DNA from: Raillietiella orientalis
Taxonomy: Eukaryota
Assembly (NCBI GenBank): GCA_036172245.1
Contig: JAYWIR010000019.1
Span: 2,418,001 to 2,482,000, forward strand
Length of the DNA: 64,000 nt
Direction: 5' to 3'
Positions within the stretch are counted from its first letter, which is position 1, and every line of letters starts with the position of its first letter. A program made the position numbers and the translations under genes. Under the pieces are notes generated by a model. That model saw only the letters and a list, made by a program, of their open reading frames with translations. It made no database searches and was not told where the DNA came from. Below are positions 51,011 through 62,600 of the stretch, piece by piece.

Positions 51011-53015
51011 TTCCTTTTTTGGGGGTTCCTCAAAGTGCTAAAGAACCGTTCGCTCCCCGAGGGGGAGGGGGACTCGCAGAGCTCTTTAATGCTGTCCACG
51101 CTACCCCAGGGTGCGTGCAATCCTTCATCTTAGGGGGTCATTTTTGGAAGAGACCACCCTATGAACCCAGGATGGCTTCCTCTCACTCTTCCTCGTTGTC
51201 TCCAGAGGGAGCCCCCGGAAAGGATCCGCTCCTGAAATTTCTTCGGAGGGAATCCGCAAGGGAACCGCTCCTTGCTTACTCCTCTGACAAGAACTCCGAA
51301 GGGACGCTTCCTGATTTCTCCGAAGGATCGCTCCCCGAACAGCACGCTTCTTTGCACACTGGAGAGGTATCAGCCCAGCAGCTCCATGGTACAAGACGGA
51401 CGGTTCATCCACGAGGGGGAAAGGGCGACTCCATTTTCACAATCAGAGGGGAACCCGGAAGGAAATCGGTGCTCCTTGGTTCCTGGAAGGAACCAAGGAG
51501 AGCCAACTTCCAATCCCTCCCACTCAGCGAGGGCATCCGGATTCCACCAGTGCCGCCAAGGAGATGCAGCTCCGGTTTCAGACACTTGTCCTCGTGACAA
51601 ACCTGTGGAGTACCACCTGGTGCAACCTACACGTCTTCTCGTCCAGCAGATCACCGGCAGCGTGGGACTGGCGTCCTTCCTTGCTCACCCTCCACTCAGG
51701 CTCATCCACTGCGGACTGCACCTTCAGCAGGTGGCCATGCTGGTCAGGAAAACGGAAGGATCTCGTGCCACCCTGCGAACAGTAGTGCCTGGTTGCAGGG
51801 AACCGTTTGCACGTGGGCTAGGACCCGGGAACCAAGAGACCAAGTGTGGAACAGGTACGACGTTTCCTGTAGGCGCCTAACAACAACTGCACGCTCCGGG
51901 ATCCTGGAAGATCCTGCGAAGAGTGCATGGGAAAGCAGAACCTCCCTCGCCGCCGCGCTGCCCTCTCTTAAGGAGCATATGAACAGCAGTCTTACGAATA
52001 GATGGGAGGTTGCTGCGGAAATCTCCGGAAGAAGGAAAGGACGGGCAAGCTCACCGACGCTGCAACCCCGATTGCTCGACCTCGTGGACTTTTGCTCTGG
52101 GGCGTGCAACTGGGTATTCCGGTGGAAGACCTTCAGTGGACCCCAGTACTTCAGTGGACATCCGTACCCCCCCTTTAAAGTGGCAGTAGTCGGAGTTGAT
52201 GCTGTTGCACTGGGGCCTCCCGGCATCATTGGACATGGGAGTGTGTGAATCCAAACTTGTGTGCAAGATGCGGGTAGCGGGGATCCCTCTCACACCTCCT
52301 AGTGGACCGTGTTGCCCTCCGACCGCTGTGGGGATGCTTTGCCGCGCCCCTTGGAACTCCCTGCGTCAACTCCGTAGATGTGTTAAAATGTCTCTTCCTG
52401 CACGACTCCCTCACGACGGCCATAATCCCAGCAGCACTTTGCTGCCCACGCGGCGGGATCGTGGCTGCATGGAGCAGCAATGCCAGAGGAGGCCAGGACG
52501 ACAGGGACGTCATCTATTTTGCTGTCCTCTTCATGAGGGCAGCGTCAAGATGGCTTCATCTGGGAGTCTTGAAGCAGAAACTTGCCGGTATCCTTACAAG
52601 GATGCAGAGGACACCCTCCAGCACACGGTGATCCCTTCCCGAACCCCTCCATTTTTTGACTGTATGTTTTTCGTTTTATTTTTTTCTTTTTCTCTGTCTC
52701 CCCTTCCCCTGTACTGCCGGAGCGAACCCGGCTGTCCTGTGTGCCAGTTCCCGGCAGGTTCCTCCTCGTATTTACAAGTAACGAGACAGGATCAAACGTC
52801 CTGCCACTGACATGTATGTTTATTTCATAAATAAACGACCCGGCGTGACCGGGTGTTAACCAGTACTGCACCCGTGCCACCGGAAGCTCAACCAGCAGGG
52901 GGACTCGAAACACACGATTCACTCATGTCTCAGCGTCGATCCTTCCCCGGGCGGGATTTGAACCCGCGATGCTTGGTGATGCCACGCGTGGGGGAGACTG
53001 CAGCCACGAACGTCC
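51011..53015 (-). mobile_element. SINE-like family A, copy 2 (51011-51556 + 52859-53015), interrupted by L1/Tx1-like copy 3
   Basis: Colinear with copy 1; B-box GGTTCAAATCCC at 52953-52964 (minus strand); the body resumes after the insert. Confidence 0.7.
51557..52858 (+). mobile_element. L1/Tx1-like family B, copy 3 (5'-truncated)
   Basis: Similar to copies 1 and 2 (HLLVD, PAALCC, RWLHLG, T-rich UTR, AATAAACG..GGCGTGACCGGG end); flanked by the degenerate duplication ACCAGTGCCGC (51546-51556) / ACCAGTACTGC (52859-52869). Confidence 0.75.
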
Positions 53016-54343
53016 GGACCTGTCCACCTTCCCCGCCATGGGCAAAGCCGGGAGGTCTCCCAGGAGGCTCGCGTCCCCCCCTTCTCTCCGACGAGAAGTC
53101 TCTACCCGCATGCGCGCGGCGCCAACGCGGGCGTGCAGTCGACAAGGACCATTCGGAAGTGGAGCCACTCTGCCAAAGAGATGCTGTGCGAGGATCCCTG
53201 GTATCCTGGCGAAGCGGGGTCGGAGGCTTCGGAGAACGAGGGCGTGCGCGCCGAGCCGGGACAGCCAGGGGCCTTCCGGTTTGGTGAAATTTTTGGAGAC
53301 CTGAACCCGGACTGGGGTTTCCAGATGCTGACGCGAGGCGCAGCAGCTCCCGGAGCCGGCAGCCGCGGTGTTCGATTCTTTCGGGGGTGCTCCGCGCGCT
53401 GAAACTCCGCGATCCGAACGCGAGTTCGAGAATTTTCGATTCCGGGAACCCTCCGTCCCGACCTGGAGGGGGAGGGAAATTTCTGACATCCATTTCTCCA
53501 AGCGCGTGGGCGCTTCCAGCTTGCTGGTGTCCGTCGAAACATGGATCCGTGAAGATCGGGGATCTTTCAGCCCGCTGTATCCGGAACCTCAAGGAAGGAA
53601 GGCGGGGGAAGGCAGGGGAAGGGAGAAGGGAGAGAACTCGCATCCGAAAACCGAGGTTTGTCTCGGGATAATCCGATTTTCCGGGGAGGAAGAGGAGAGC
53701 CCGCATGCCACTCCGCTCCGGATTCATCTTCATTTCTGGAGATGGGCGCAGCCGAGCGGGCATTGGCTGCCTGCGCCTAATTAACAGGTCGCGACCGCAC
53801 TCGCGCAAGAAACGATGATGAATTTGTTCTTTCCGCAGGAAGGGGGGGAGGGGGGAGGAGGACTTAGTGTCCTCGGAGAGGAGGAAGAGGAGGAGGAGGC
53901 GATATTCCTTTCGCTCGATGGCAGCAGAAAGCGGCCGCCGAATTAGGATGCCAAGGCAGCGGCGGTGGCTCCTGGTTCGACAGCGTGTCGGGGGGCCGTT
54001 CACCGTCCCGGAAGACTTGGCCCTCCTGGATGTTCCTTAATTCCTCAACGCGTCTTCAAGAGCGGCACGGCGAGACCCTGCTAGTCGGCAAGCTCTCGCA
54101 GCATTTCTGGACTGCTCGTAGCGGCAGCGGGATTCCCGGTAGCCTAGTCCACGGATTTTTTTGTGTTTCCCTACTCCCCCTTCTTTCTCCAACCCCTGTT
54201 CCCCTTTTTCCACCAAAGATGTAGCTTTCTCTCTTAAGTATACACTGTATACCATTACTTACCTCATATTTCACCAATTCCACATTATACCGTTATCATT
54301 TATTTTGGGAAGTACTATATAGTTTCACGTTTTCCTTTTTTAC

Positions 54344-54445
54344 TTCGTTCCGACTTACGAGTCTGCAGTGCCTGACTTGCTTTTAAAAAGTGGGGCAGCT
54401 ATGCTCGGCAAGCTCAACATGGATGAATTTGTCATGGGCTCTGCA
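54344..54445 (+). pseudogene. gatA: Fragment of bacterial Glu/Asp-tRNA amidotransferase subunit A (amidase signature region), probable endosymbiont-derived insertion
   Basis: FVPTYESAVPDLLLKSGAAMLGKLNMDEFVMGSA matches the GatA amidase-signature segment (F.P.YESTV...GA..LGKLNMDEFAMGS); similarity stops abruptly on both sides. Confidence 0.85.
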
Positions 54446-55773
54446 GGTTCTTTCCGCAGTCTGATATGGCAGCTAATTTGCCAAGCCGCATTATATTTGT
54501 TAGGCGGTCTACCTTTGGAGGTAATAAGGATGGTCTTGACGGACTATCGGAAATACGGAGCAGTCTTGGAGGTGTCGAAACGGCCTCGAAAAACATTCGC
54601 TCAAAAGAGCTGCTGCCAGAAGCCTTCCTTTGTCACGCGCGCGCGCGCGCGCTCATACACACACAAAAAACACGTTAAACCAGGCCGTTTCGCAAGGATG
54701 AAAAGGAACGCATGCACGCACGTACGCGCACACGCGCGCGCGAAGTGTGTGTTTTCCCCTAGCTTTCCACAGTGATCCTCTCCATCCATCATGTCGGATC
54801 CCGCAGATGGGAGCTTCTTCTCAGATGGCCCCCTCGCCGATGCTTTCCGATCTCCGCTGCAACCTTCCTTGATCTCCACGACTCGCCGAGGTCGGGTGGT
54901 GCGGCGGCCGGGGAGAGTCCCGCGTGCGGCCGGATGCGGCTCCCGATCTCGCTCTTTGCGATCCCGAGGCTGCGATTTGGAGCCCGAAGCAGGGATGCAG
55001 GTGGCCCTCCGCTCGGAGGTTTCTCACCTCCCTCCCTTATCCGGGAGAGGTTGCCCTCCCGAGATGTCGACAGTTTCTCCCACCCGGGCAAAGCGATCCG
55101 TTACTCCCGCGCCCTCTCGGCGCTGATGCTGCGGGTTCCTGCGCTGCTCGGAGACGAGTGGAAATCTCATCGGAGGAGGCTTGCGCGCGCGCTCTCCCCG
55201 TTTCGGTTCCCTCCAAAAGGCGAACCCGTTCCTGTTCGCTTAGGAGGTAATTGGCCATCGGTTACGTCCGAGATGGTTGCAGCAGCATCCGAGCGAACGG
55301 CCCTGTAGGCCACAAATCAATGCAAATGAAGTTCTTCTCCCTTTCAGCTGCATGAGCGCGGCTCAGCCCCGAAGACACCCTGCTCCAGCAGGGCTCTGCG
55401 AGTGGCGAGCTGTGCAGTGAAGTACGAAGGTGACCATTAAGGAGATGGCGCTCATGACTGCATCAAGATACGAAGGCGCGTCAACGTCTTTTTTTTTTTG
55501 AAGAAAAAAAAAAAATTTCTTTTAATTACTTCTTTTCGGGTTTCCTTTTTCCTTTTTCTGGTTCGCCGAGTGCTGAAGAACCGTCCGCCTCCTCGGGAGG
55601 GGCTCGCGAAGCGCTTTAACGCTGTCCGCTCCACCCGAGGGTCTACGTAACTCTTCGAGATAAGGGGGAGTACCTCTATCACCCCTATGACCACCTTAGG
55701 AATCCGAGAAGGACTCCGGAGGAAGGAGTTCGTTCCTGCCACACTTAGGAGGGAACCTCCTCCTTGGTGGTCT

Positions 55774-56690
55774 GCGATTTCTACCCGGACACGCCGTAGG
55801 CGTTTATTAAAAGTGAAAACAAACTCCTATACTGTAGTAGGACTCTGGTCCTATCACCCTCAGTCGGTCCACGCGCCTGTCGGGTAGCCAGTACGCAGAT
55901 CGGCGGGGCTCCCCTCGACAGCGGAGGAGGACAGGAGAAAACAAAAATAAAAAATAAAAAGAAAGAGTAAAGAAAAATAAATAAAATTTTTTGGGAGGGT
56001 CGGGAAGGGACTACTGTCCACTGGAGGAAGTCCTCTGCATTCTTTCCAGGATGCCGGCGAGGACCGTCTAAATAGGTCCCAGGTGGGGCCATCTGGCCGT
56101 TATCCGCAGAAAGCGAACTGCGAACTGGACGGTGTCCCTCCCGTCGCGTCCCCTGTAGGCCTCGCTCCAGGCCGCCGCAATCCTGAGGATGAAGCAAAGC
56201 GCTTCCGGGCCTGCGACTGGCTGCACAGCGTCCCTCACGAAGAGAAGGGGAAATCTCATCGGAGGAGGCTTGCGCGCGCGCTCTCCCCTCGTAAAGAGTC
56301 CCTGGGGGTGCCGACCGGGATCCGGATGGTCGTCCCCAAACGTTCCCACAGGGGCCGGAGGGGCCGTTCCCTGCAGTCCACGAGCAGGGATTCGTGTTCC
56401 CCGCACGTGCGACAGTCCGGGTTCGCCCTCCCCAGCGTTCAGTGGTGTTGGTGGGCGTTGTAGGAGCAACCCGAGTGCAACAGCAGAAGTGCCGGCTCCT
56501 GCTGCTTCAGGGAGAGGATGCTGCTGTTGAGCATCGGGAGCCACTCCAGGTCTTCGCTAAGAATGCCGGGCGGCTCTCCCCGGCGCTATGGTCTTCGTGG
56601 AAGGGCACTCGGGCACTCGGGGCCCCAGCTGCCCGATGGTCCATCCTCACTCATCAGCTGCTGCCTGCGTGCGATCTCGCAGAAGACTAG
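55774..56690 (-). mobile_element. L1/Tx1-like family B, copy 4 (5'-truncated, inverted)
   Basis: The reverse complement closely matches 15060-15950 (CCCGGACTGTC.CACGTGCGGGGAAC.CGAATCC; VQFAVRFLRITARWPHLGPI); degenerate flanking duplication CCTTGGTGGTCT / CCTGGTGCTCT. Confidence 0.8.
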
Positions 56691-57025
56691 CCTGGTGCTC
56701 TTCGAAGGGAACCACCTCTTCCTCATTCTCTCCAGAGAGAACCCTCGGAGGGGCCACTCCTCTTTTCTTCTCCGGAGAGAACCCGGAAAAGATGCGCTCC
56801 TGGAATTTCTTCCCTGGAGGGAACCCACAAGGGAACCGCTCCCCGGTTTCCTCCTCTGGAGGAATCCCGAAGGGACGCTTCCCAATTTCCTCTGAAGGGC
56901 GCTCCCCGAAGGGAGCAGGGCGCTTCTTCAGATTCTGGAGAGGTATCGATTTACAACCCTCCATTGGTACGCGATGGAGTATTCCCCCCAAGGGTGGGAG
57001 GGGGGAGACGGCTCCATTTTCACAA

Positions 57026-57912
57026 TTTTTCCCCAGTTCCGACAAACAGTGGGGTGGGTTTATTGATCAACAACAAATGTCCCCAATGGCAACAACAATA
57101 ACTCGCACTCTTGCACTCACCTCTGTGGATTCCCACAGTTTGCTTTTTGCGCACGTAGCGTCTGCAATGCCACGATCGGGGTGGTTTCCTCGGAATAGGG
57201 GGAATGAAGGGCGGTGCACTCGCTCGGGTCACGTCCGCGATTTGCAAGATGTAGCGGTACTTCCAGGAGGGTTTTCCTGACGTGATTCCTGATCCCAATC
57301 TCTCGCTTGATCGGTTCTTGTAGTATGGCGATGGCGGGCGCTGTAGCTCCCGTGTTCCTCATCTTTGCCCTTCTGATCACGATCGCTGTGATGGAGAGGG
57401 CGATGGTGGTCCGAACCATGGGATTGTATCGCGGAGCCTTGGCGCTCCCGCTAAGATGTTCACTTGTGGTCCTCTGCAGGCCAGTCATCGCCTTCAGCGT
57501 GCTCCAGTCCTAACGCAGCGTCGGGCAGCTGAAGAAGCGGAGCCGGGTTTTCCTGCTGTCATACGCCTTGCAGAGCTCGCTATCGATGTTGCCAGTGTGC
57601 TGTCCTGCTCCCACTCAGGATGCCTCCATAGTAGGAGGAGGTCGTTTTGAATGCCTGGTGGTAGGTCGCTCTCAAAAGGCTGTGGTTCCAATCGCCTGCA
57701 AGTTCACCATCCGTGCCCCGTAGCCGTTGGTAGCCATGGTGAGGACATCTTTCTCCTGGTAACGTTGCTTCATTGAGTCGCAGATGTTGGCTTCGGTGGT
57801 CAGGATCCAAGCGTTGGATGCGTGGTGCTTCCAAAGCTCTCGCGCCTTGCCGGTGAATCTTCCACTCATGGTTTGCGCGTAGCAAAACAGTCGCATCTTG
57901 TGGCTGCTGCCA
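57026..57912 (-). other. 887-bp retroposed sequence of unknown origin with a 14-bp target-site duplication
   Basis: CTCCATTTTCACAA occurs at both 57012-57025 and 57913-57926; A5 tail at 57026-57030 and AATAAA at 57059-57064 on the minus strand; paralogous empty sites at 12152-12165 and 51429-51442. Confidence 0.85.
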
Positions 57913-59239
57913 CTCCATTTTCACAACCGGAGGGGAACCTCAAAGGACTCCTTGATTTCCGGAAGGATCCCAGAAGATCCGATGGTCAGTCCAAAGGGGC
58001 ATCCGACTTCCACGAGTACCGCACCCGAATAGGCCAACCAGAGTCATCTTTGCGAAGGGGAGGAGGGAATCGAAACCCACGACGCGTCCCCCGTTCTCGG
58101 TGCCGATCCTACACGTGGGGATCCGAACCAGCAGCTCATGGTGCCACGCGCGCGGAGACCGCAGCCGCGCGGCTGTCAACACGGGCTGGCGTATGTGGAC
58201 ACGACACTCAAGTGTCCCCAAACTCGGCATTGCGCGTACTGCGCGTCCCGTCGAGGAGCGTCGAATGGCATTGCTAACGCGATGGGAAAGGCGCTTCCCA
58301 AGAAAATTCCGCGGGAATTTCGAGAACAGGGATCCGCGGCTCTTGAGAAGCTGCCACGGCAGGGATTCCACCAGCCCTTTCGATGTTCTTCCCTTTCCGC
58401 TCCCTCCCTCAGGACCGGCTGAGCGGGCTCCGAGCTCTTCGTGCGCGGCGGGGACCGGTGTTGCACGGACCCGCTAGCGCCTCGTTCGACTTCCGGACGA
58501 GTCGGGAAAATCACGCGGGTTCTCACCGAGCGTTCCATGGCAACCACGCAGATCTTCAGGGGTTCTAGAAAGAAAAAAAAAAACCTCCCCGGGCGGATCC
58601 CTTCCTCTTTGAGACGAACCGCGCTCTGGAGTAGGGGAGGAAGGTCTCGAGCAAAGATCCGGGACTGAAGGGTGCACGAAGGGTGTCCCTCACGGAACGA
58701 CCTGCAGCATCCTGAGAACGTGACTGCACAGTGGAAACTCTGGAAAGGAAAGCACCAGGAGCACTCGTTCCCGCTGCTCTCCCAATCAATCAGCATGTTT
58801 CAGTACTCTTTATCTGGTACAGAACCCGTCCAGCTGCTGCAACATTTCTCTCCCTCTCCCCCTCTCTCTGTGTATGTGTGTGTGTGTGTGTGAATGGGAT
58901 TCTTATCTGAAGCGGGCTGAAGGCGCGTAGCTGCAGATTCCCTCTGGAACGTGGCACGGGAAGATCAATTTTGTTCCGCGGCGGAGGGAGCGACTTCCTT
59001 CGGATTCCGAGGACGCAGCCAATTAGGACGAAGCGGGAACCTCCTCGGTTGTTGATAGATGCCCAGGAGGAGCTCCTCCGGTAATTCGTTCTTCGGACGA
59101 AGACACAATGCTCGCAGCAGCGTCGCAACGGGAAGGGTGGAACCCGGACTCAGGAGCGTGCCGGCGCAGGGCAGGCACGGCCGCGTCCATTCTGGCAGTC
59201 TTTCTTGCCTGGCGCTTGAAGCTAATGGGATGCTGAGTT

Positions 59240-59670
59240 CTGATGGCAAGTGCTGAAGAACCGTTCGTCTCCTCAGGGAGGGGCTGACAAGGCTCTTTGA
59301 TACCATCTGCGCCATTCGAGGGAGCGCGTGACTCTTCGAGCTAGGGGAGGGGGGGTACTCCGGGAGTGGACCGCCCTATGGATCCAGGAAGGCTCCGGAG
59401 GAAGGAGTCCGTTCCACTTTCGCTTGGGAAGGGAACACCGAAGGGATCCTCTTCCTTAAGGGCTATCCCGAAACGTCGCTTGGATGGGGCCACTCCGAAG
59501 GGAACCCTCCCTCCTTGATTCCTGGAAGGTCCCCGGAAGCCAGCCAACGGGAGAACCGCTCCCTCCTCCCTATGTCTCCCGAGTCGACCCTTCCCCGGGC
59601 GGGATTCGAACCCGCGACGCTTGGCTCCAAGCGCGGAGGAGACCGCGCGGCCACGCGCCCGCCAACACGG
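59240..59670 (-). mobile_element. SINE-like family A, copy 4 (internally deleted, best-preserved tRNA-like head)
   Basis: A-box-like TGGCCGCGCGG (59643-59653) and B-box GGTTCGAATCCC (59601-59612) on the minus strand; the body matches the other copies. Confidence 0.75.
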
Positions 59671-62600
59671 GGGCCGAGTGTTGAAGAGAATGCGTCTTCT
59701 GTTCTGCGAACTCGGAGTACACCAACCGTAGGAACGCGCGCTGCTCGCGAGCAGTCCGTGTCCTCATCCCTCTCGAACGAGCCGTGGCAATGCTGGACCT
59801 CACCGTTTCTTCCTTTCCTTTCTTTTAATGATCCCGACCTGCTTGGACCGTCGGGAGTGCATTCCGCGCACGTTTCCGGTTTCCATCGTTCGAGGTCGTC
59901 GTCGGGAACGAAGTTTCCCTCGAGCGCGGGCACCGCGAGCGTTTCCTAAGAAATCCGTCGACAGCCCAAAGTGTGTGCGAACTTTCGGTTCCCGCCCAAG
60001 GGCGTCCTTAACCTCCTCGTCACTTTGGTCTCTCCTCTCCCTGATCATCCAGAAGAAATTGGAGAGAGAGAGAGAGAAAAGAAAAAAACAGGGCAAGAAG
60101 ATTATGGAATTCTCCACAGCGGTTAGGACACACCTGGTTGCGGTGCTTCTCCGTAACGTGGGTGATGGTGACCGAAAGCACCGATGTGTGATGCACGCTT
60201 TGCTTCCGATCTGCGCTACCTCCAGCAGGCAACGCATCCCCCATGTGATCAACGTTCTCCACGTATGGAGCATGAAATACACCCGGCACACTCCCCCTTT
60301 GTGATGCCGCCGCGCGTGTGCGTGCGTGTTTTCTTCAAGAGCTTGGCTTCCTGATTTTCGTCGACGGAGAGACAAAGGAAATCCGCGGATATTAACTCGG
60401 AGAGGTACCCACGTGCGAGGGAGCGCCAGATTCTGCTTCGTACCCCGGAAAACCCTTTGCCGCTTCACCGACCCATCGTCTCGGGAGGGATGGGAATTAC
60501 TTCTTACCTGCACCCAATTCCCCGCACCTGCCTGCCGTACGCGAAAACTGGTACAGCGCTCTTCCATCCGAGCTACGTCATCGCCACCGCGGTGCTTTTC
60601 CGCGAGGTGAACCTCCCGTGATAATCTGATTCCAGTGATTTTTGTTTTATGCTCCCTCGGCCCCGCTTACATTCGGAGCCTCGAAGAAACGACGGTTCTT
60701 CTTTTTCGTTGCTACGCGGCGCTCTCTCCGTGGGCCTCGTACTTGTTCAGCCGTCAGCCACCGCGCAGCAAGGAGAAAACACGTGATCAGGAGTCCCCGA
60801 TAAAGTCATCCCACCCTTACAAAGAACTGCAGCTCATCTTGAATCCGTGAAACCAAAATCGCCAGAATCTCTCGGGCATGCAGATTATCTCCTGGTTTAG
60901 CTCTCATTTTCCCCTGATTTTCCCGCAGAATCGATTTGTCGGGGGAATTTTCGTTCCCGTTCCATTTTCAAGTCCGTCCTCGAGGAGAGGCGTGTTGGGC
61001 CGTGGCAACACGCTGGAGCTGCTCCTTCTGCCCGCCACCCCATGCCGCGCCGATGCGGCGGGGTTTTCGCGTAACGCACAGCTCAGAGATGCAGAGCTGC
61101 GCGTCCAGGCAACGCCGCAGCCCTCTAGGTGGACCGAGAGGGAACCAGCAAGAATGGATTGACCTTTTTTTTCCCTCCTCCTTAATCCGCAGTGTGGATT
61201 TTCGCTTTAAAACTCTCGTAGTCCTTCAGATGCAAATGAGCGCCCGTTAAAGAGACCTCCCCGTTTCAAAGCACTTTCAGGGAAGAGGGGGGGGGGGACC
61301 CCTCTTATTTCTGAAGCGTTTCAAGCAATGCAGCTTCGAGTGCTTCCTAAAAGTTTGTTTTTTTTTTTTTTTAATTGCGGCCATCCCGACGGCGAACCAT
61401 GAGAGAAACGCGCGCACCAATCCATGCAATCGAGGAAGGGAGTTCTTCGAGGCGCCATCTCAGAGGACCAGCAAACGCCTGCGTTTCAAGACGAGCATAT
61501 CTTTGAACGCGCGGTTCCCAGTTCCAACACGAGCAAACATCTCATTAACTCAGAGGAAGAATCCGATTACGCTGTCTGGGATCTCGAACACGGTGCTCTG
61601 CCAATGTTCAATCCCTGGATCTGCCTCGCAAATTGCGTTTCCCGCGCGGAGAGCACGCGATGCTGCGGACGCGTTCCGTCGAGGGCGCGTTCGTTTAAAG
61701 CCATCATGCAATTCAGCTGCTGAAAGGAGTTCTTCTTTCACATTGCTTTTTATTTACTTTGGTCCCCCAGCAATATGTCAATCAGATGAAGATAGTGAGA
61801 ACGGGCTTCAAAGGAACTGGGAGACTTGTTTGTCAAGATAAGCGGATGACGTCCGGGCGACGGGTTGCTCTTCCATCCCATTATTCTCTTCTCCCTCTGT
61901 TTTCTGCTCACCGATTACAACCGATTCATGAACTGTAAAATGTTTCTATTATTTGGGGCAAAAATCATTGGAAGAATGTCGCGGAGAAATGAAATAATCT
62001 TATCAGCTCCCCATTGTAAACAAATTACTGCTGGAGAGACGGACACCTGGAGGGAAAAATTCCACCTTTCGGGAGGGAGTAACCGGGCAACGAATTCGAA
62101 ACCAAGGCGAAAATTGCCAGAAGTCCAATTACGCAGAAATTCCGTGGTCAGATGAACTGCGTGCGCGGTAGGCGATGGTTTTTTCCTCACCTGACGTAAC
62201 TTCCCGAATTTCAAACGACGTACGTGGCAGGGTGGTACTATCTCGTCCGCTCTCTGAGATCCCCCCACCTATGGGAATCCCGGATTTCCCGGGGGGAAGG
62301 AGAAGACCGCGCAAAGGTTATCTGGAGCTTGCTGGCTTCGGGAGTTGCGAAAATTGTTTCTTCTTCTTCTTCTTCTTTTCCCGGCGCGTTCTGCTCCATT
62401 TGATGCAGCCGTTTCGGCGAGCCTTGAAGAATGTCAACCTGCTGCTGCTGCTTGCATGCGAAGACTGCACAAAGGCCGGGGCAGCTCGAAATCAAAAGGT
62501 CTGCCATCACTTTTCGGGTTCGGGAATGTGTTTTTGGATAAAGTCCGTTTTTTCCTCTCTCTCTCTCTCTTTTCCTTGAGGGAGAGGAGGAAGAGGGAGA

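Larger units (their letters stand above)
55545..58190 (-). mobile_element. SINE-like family A, copy 3 (55545-55773 + 56691-57025 + 57913-58190), interrupted twice
   Basis: Three colinear pieces matching copy 1, separated by two insertions. Confidence 0.7.

Noticed and set aside
52930..54003. 357-aa minus-strand ORF
   Set aside because: Arg/Pro-rich translation typical of GC-rich non-coding DNA; runs into a SINE head
54368..54446. Reading the gatA-like segment as an exon of nuclear QRSL1 (CAG| ... |GT present)
   Set aside because: Protein similarity continues in frame upstream through the supposed acceptor (FVPTYES), the motif is bacterial-type, and no other amidase exons were seen
59580..59670. 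Functional tRNA gene
   Set aside because: A/B boxes are present but there is no convincing cloverleaf; it is contiguous with a repeated SINE body
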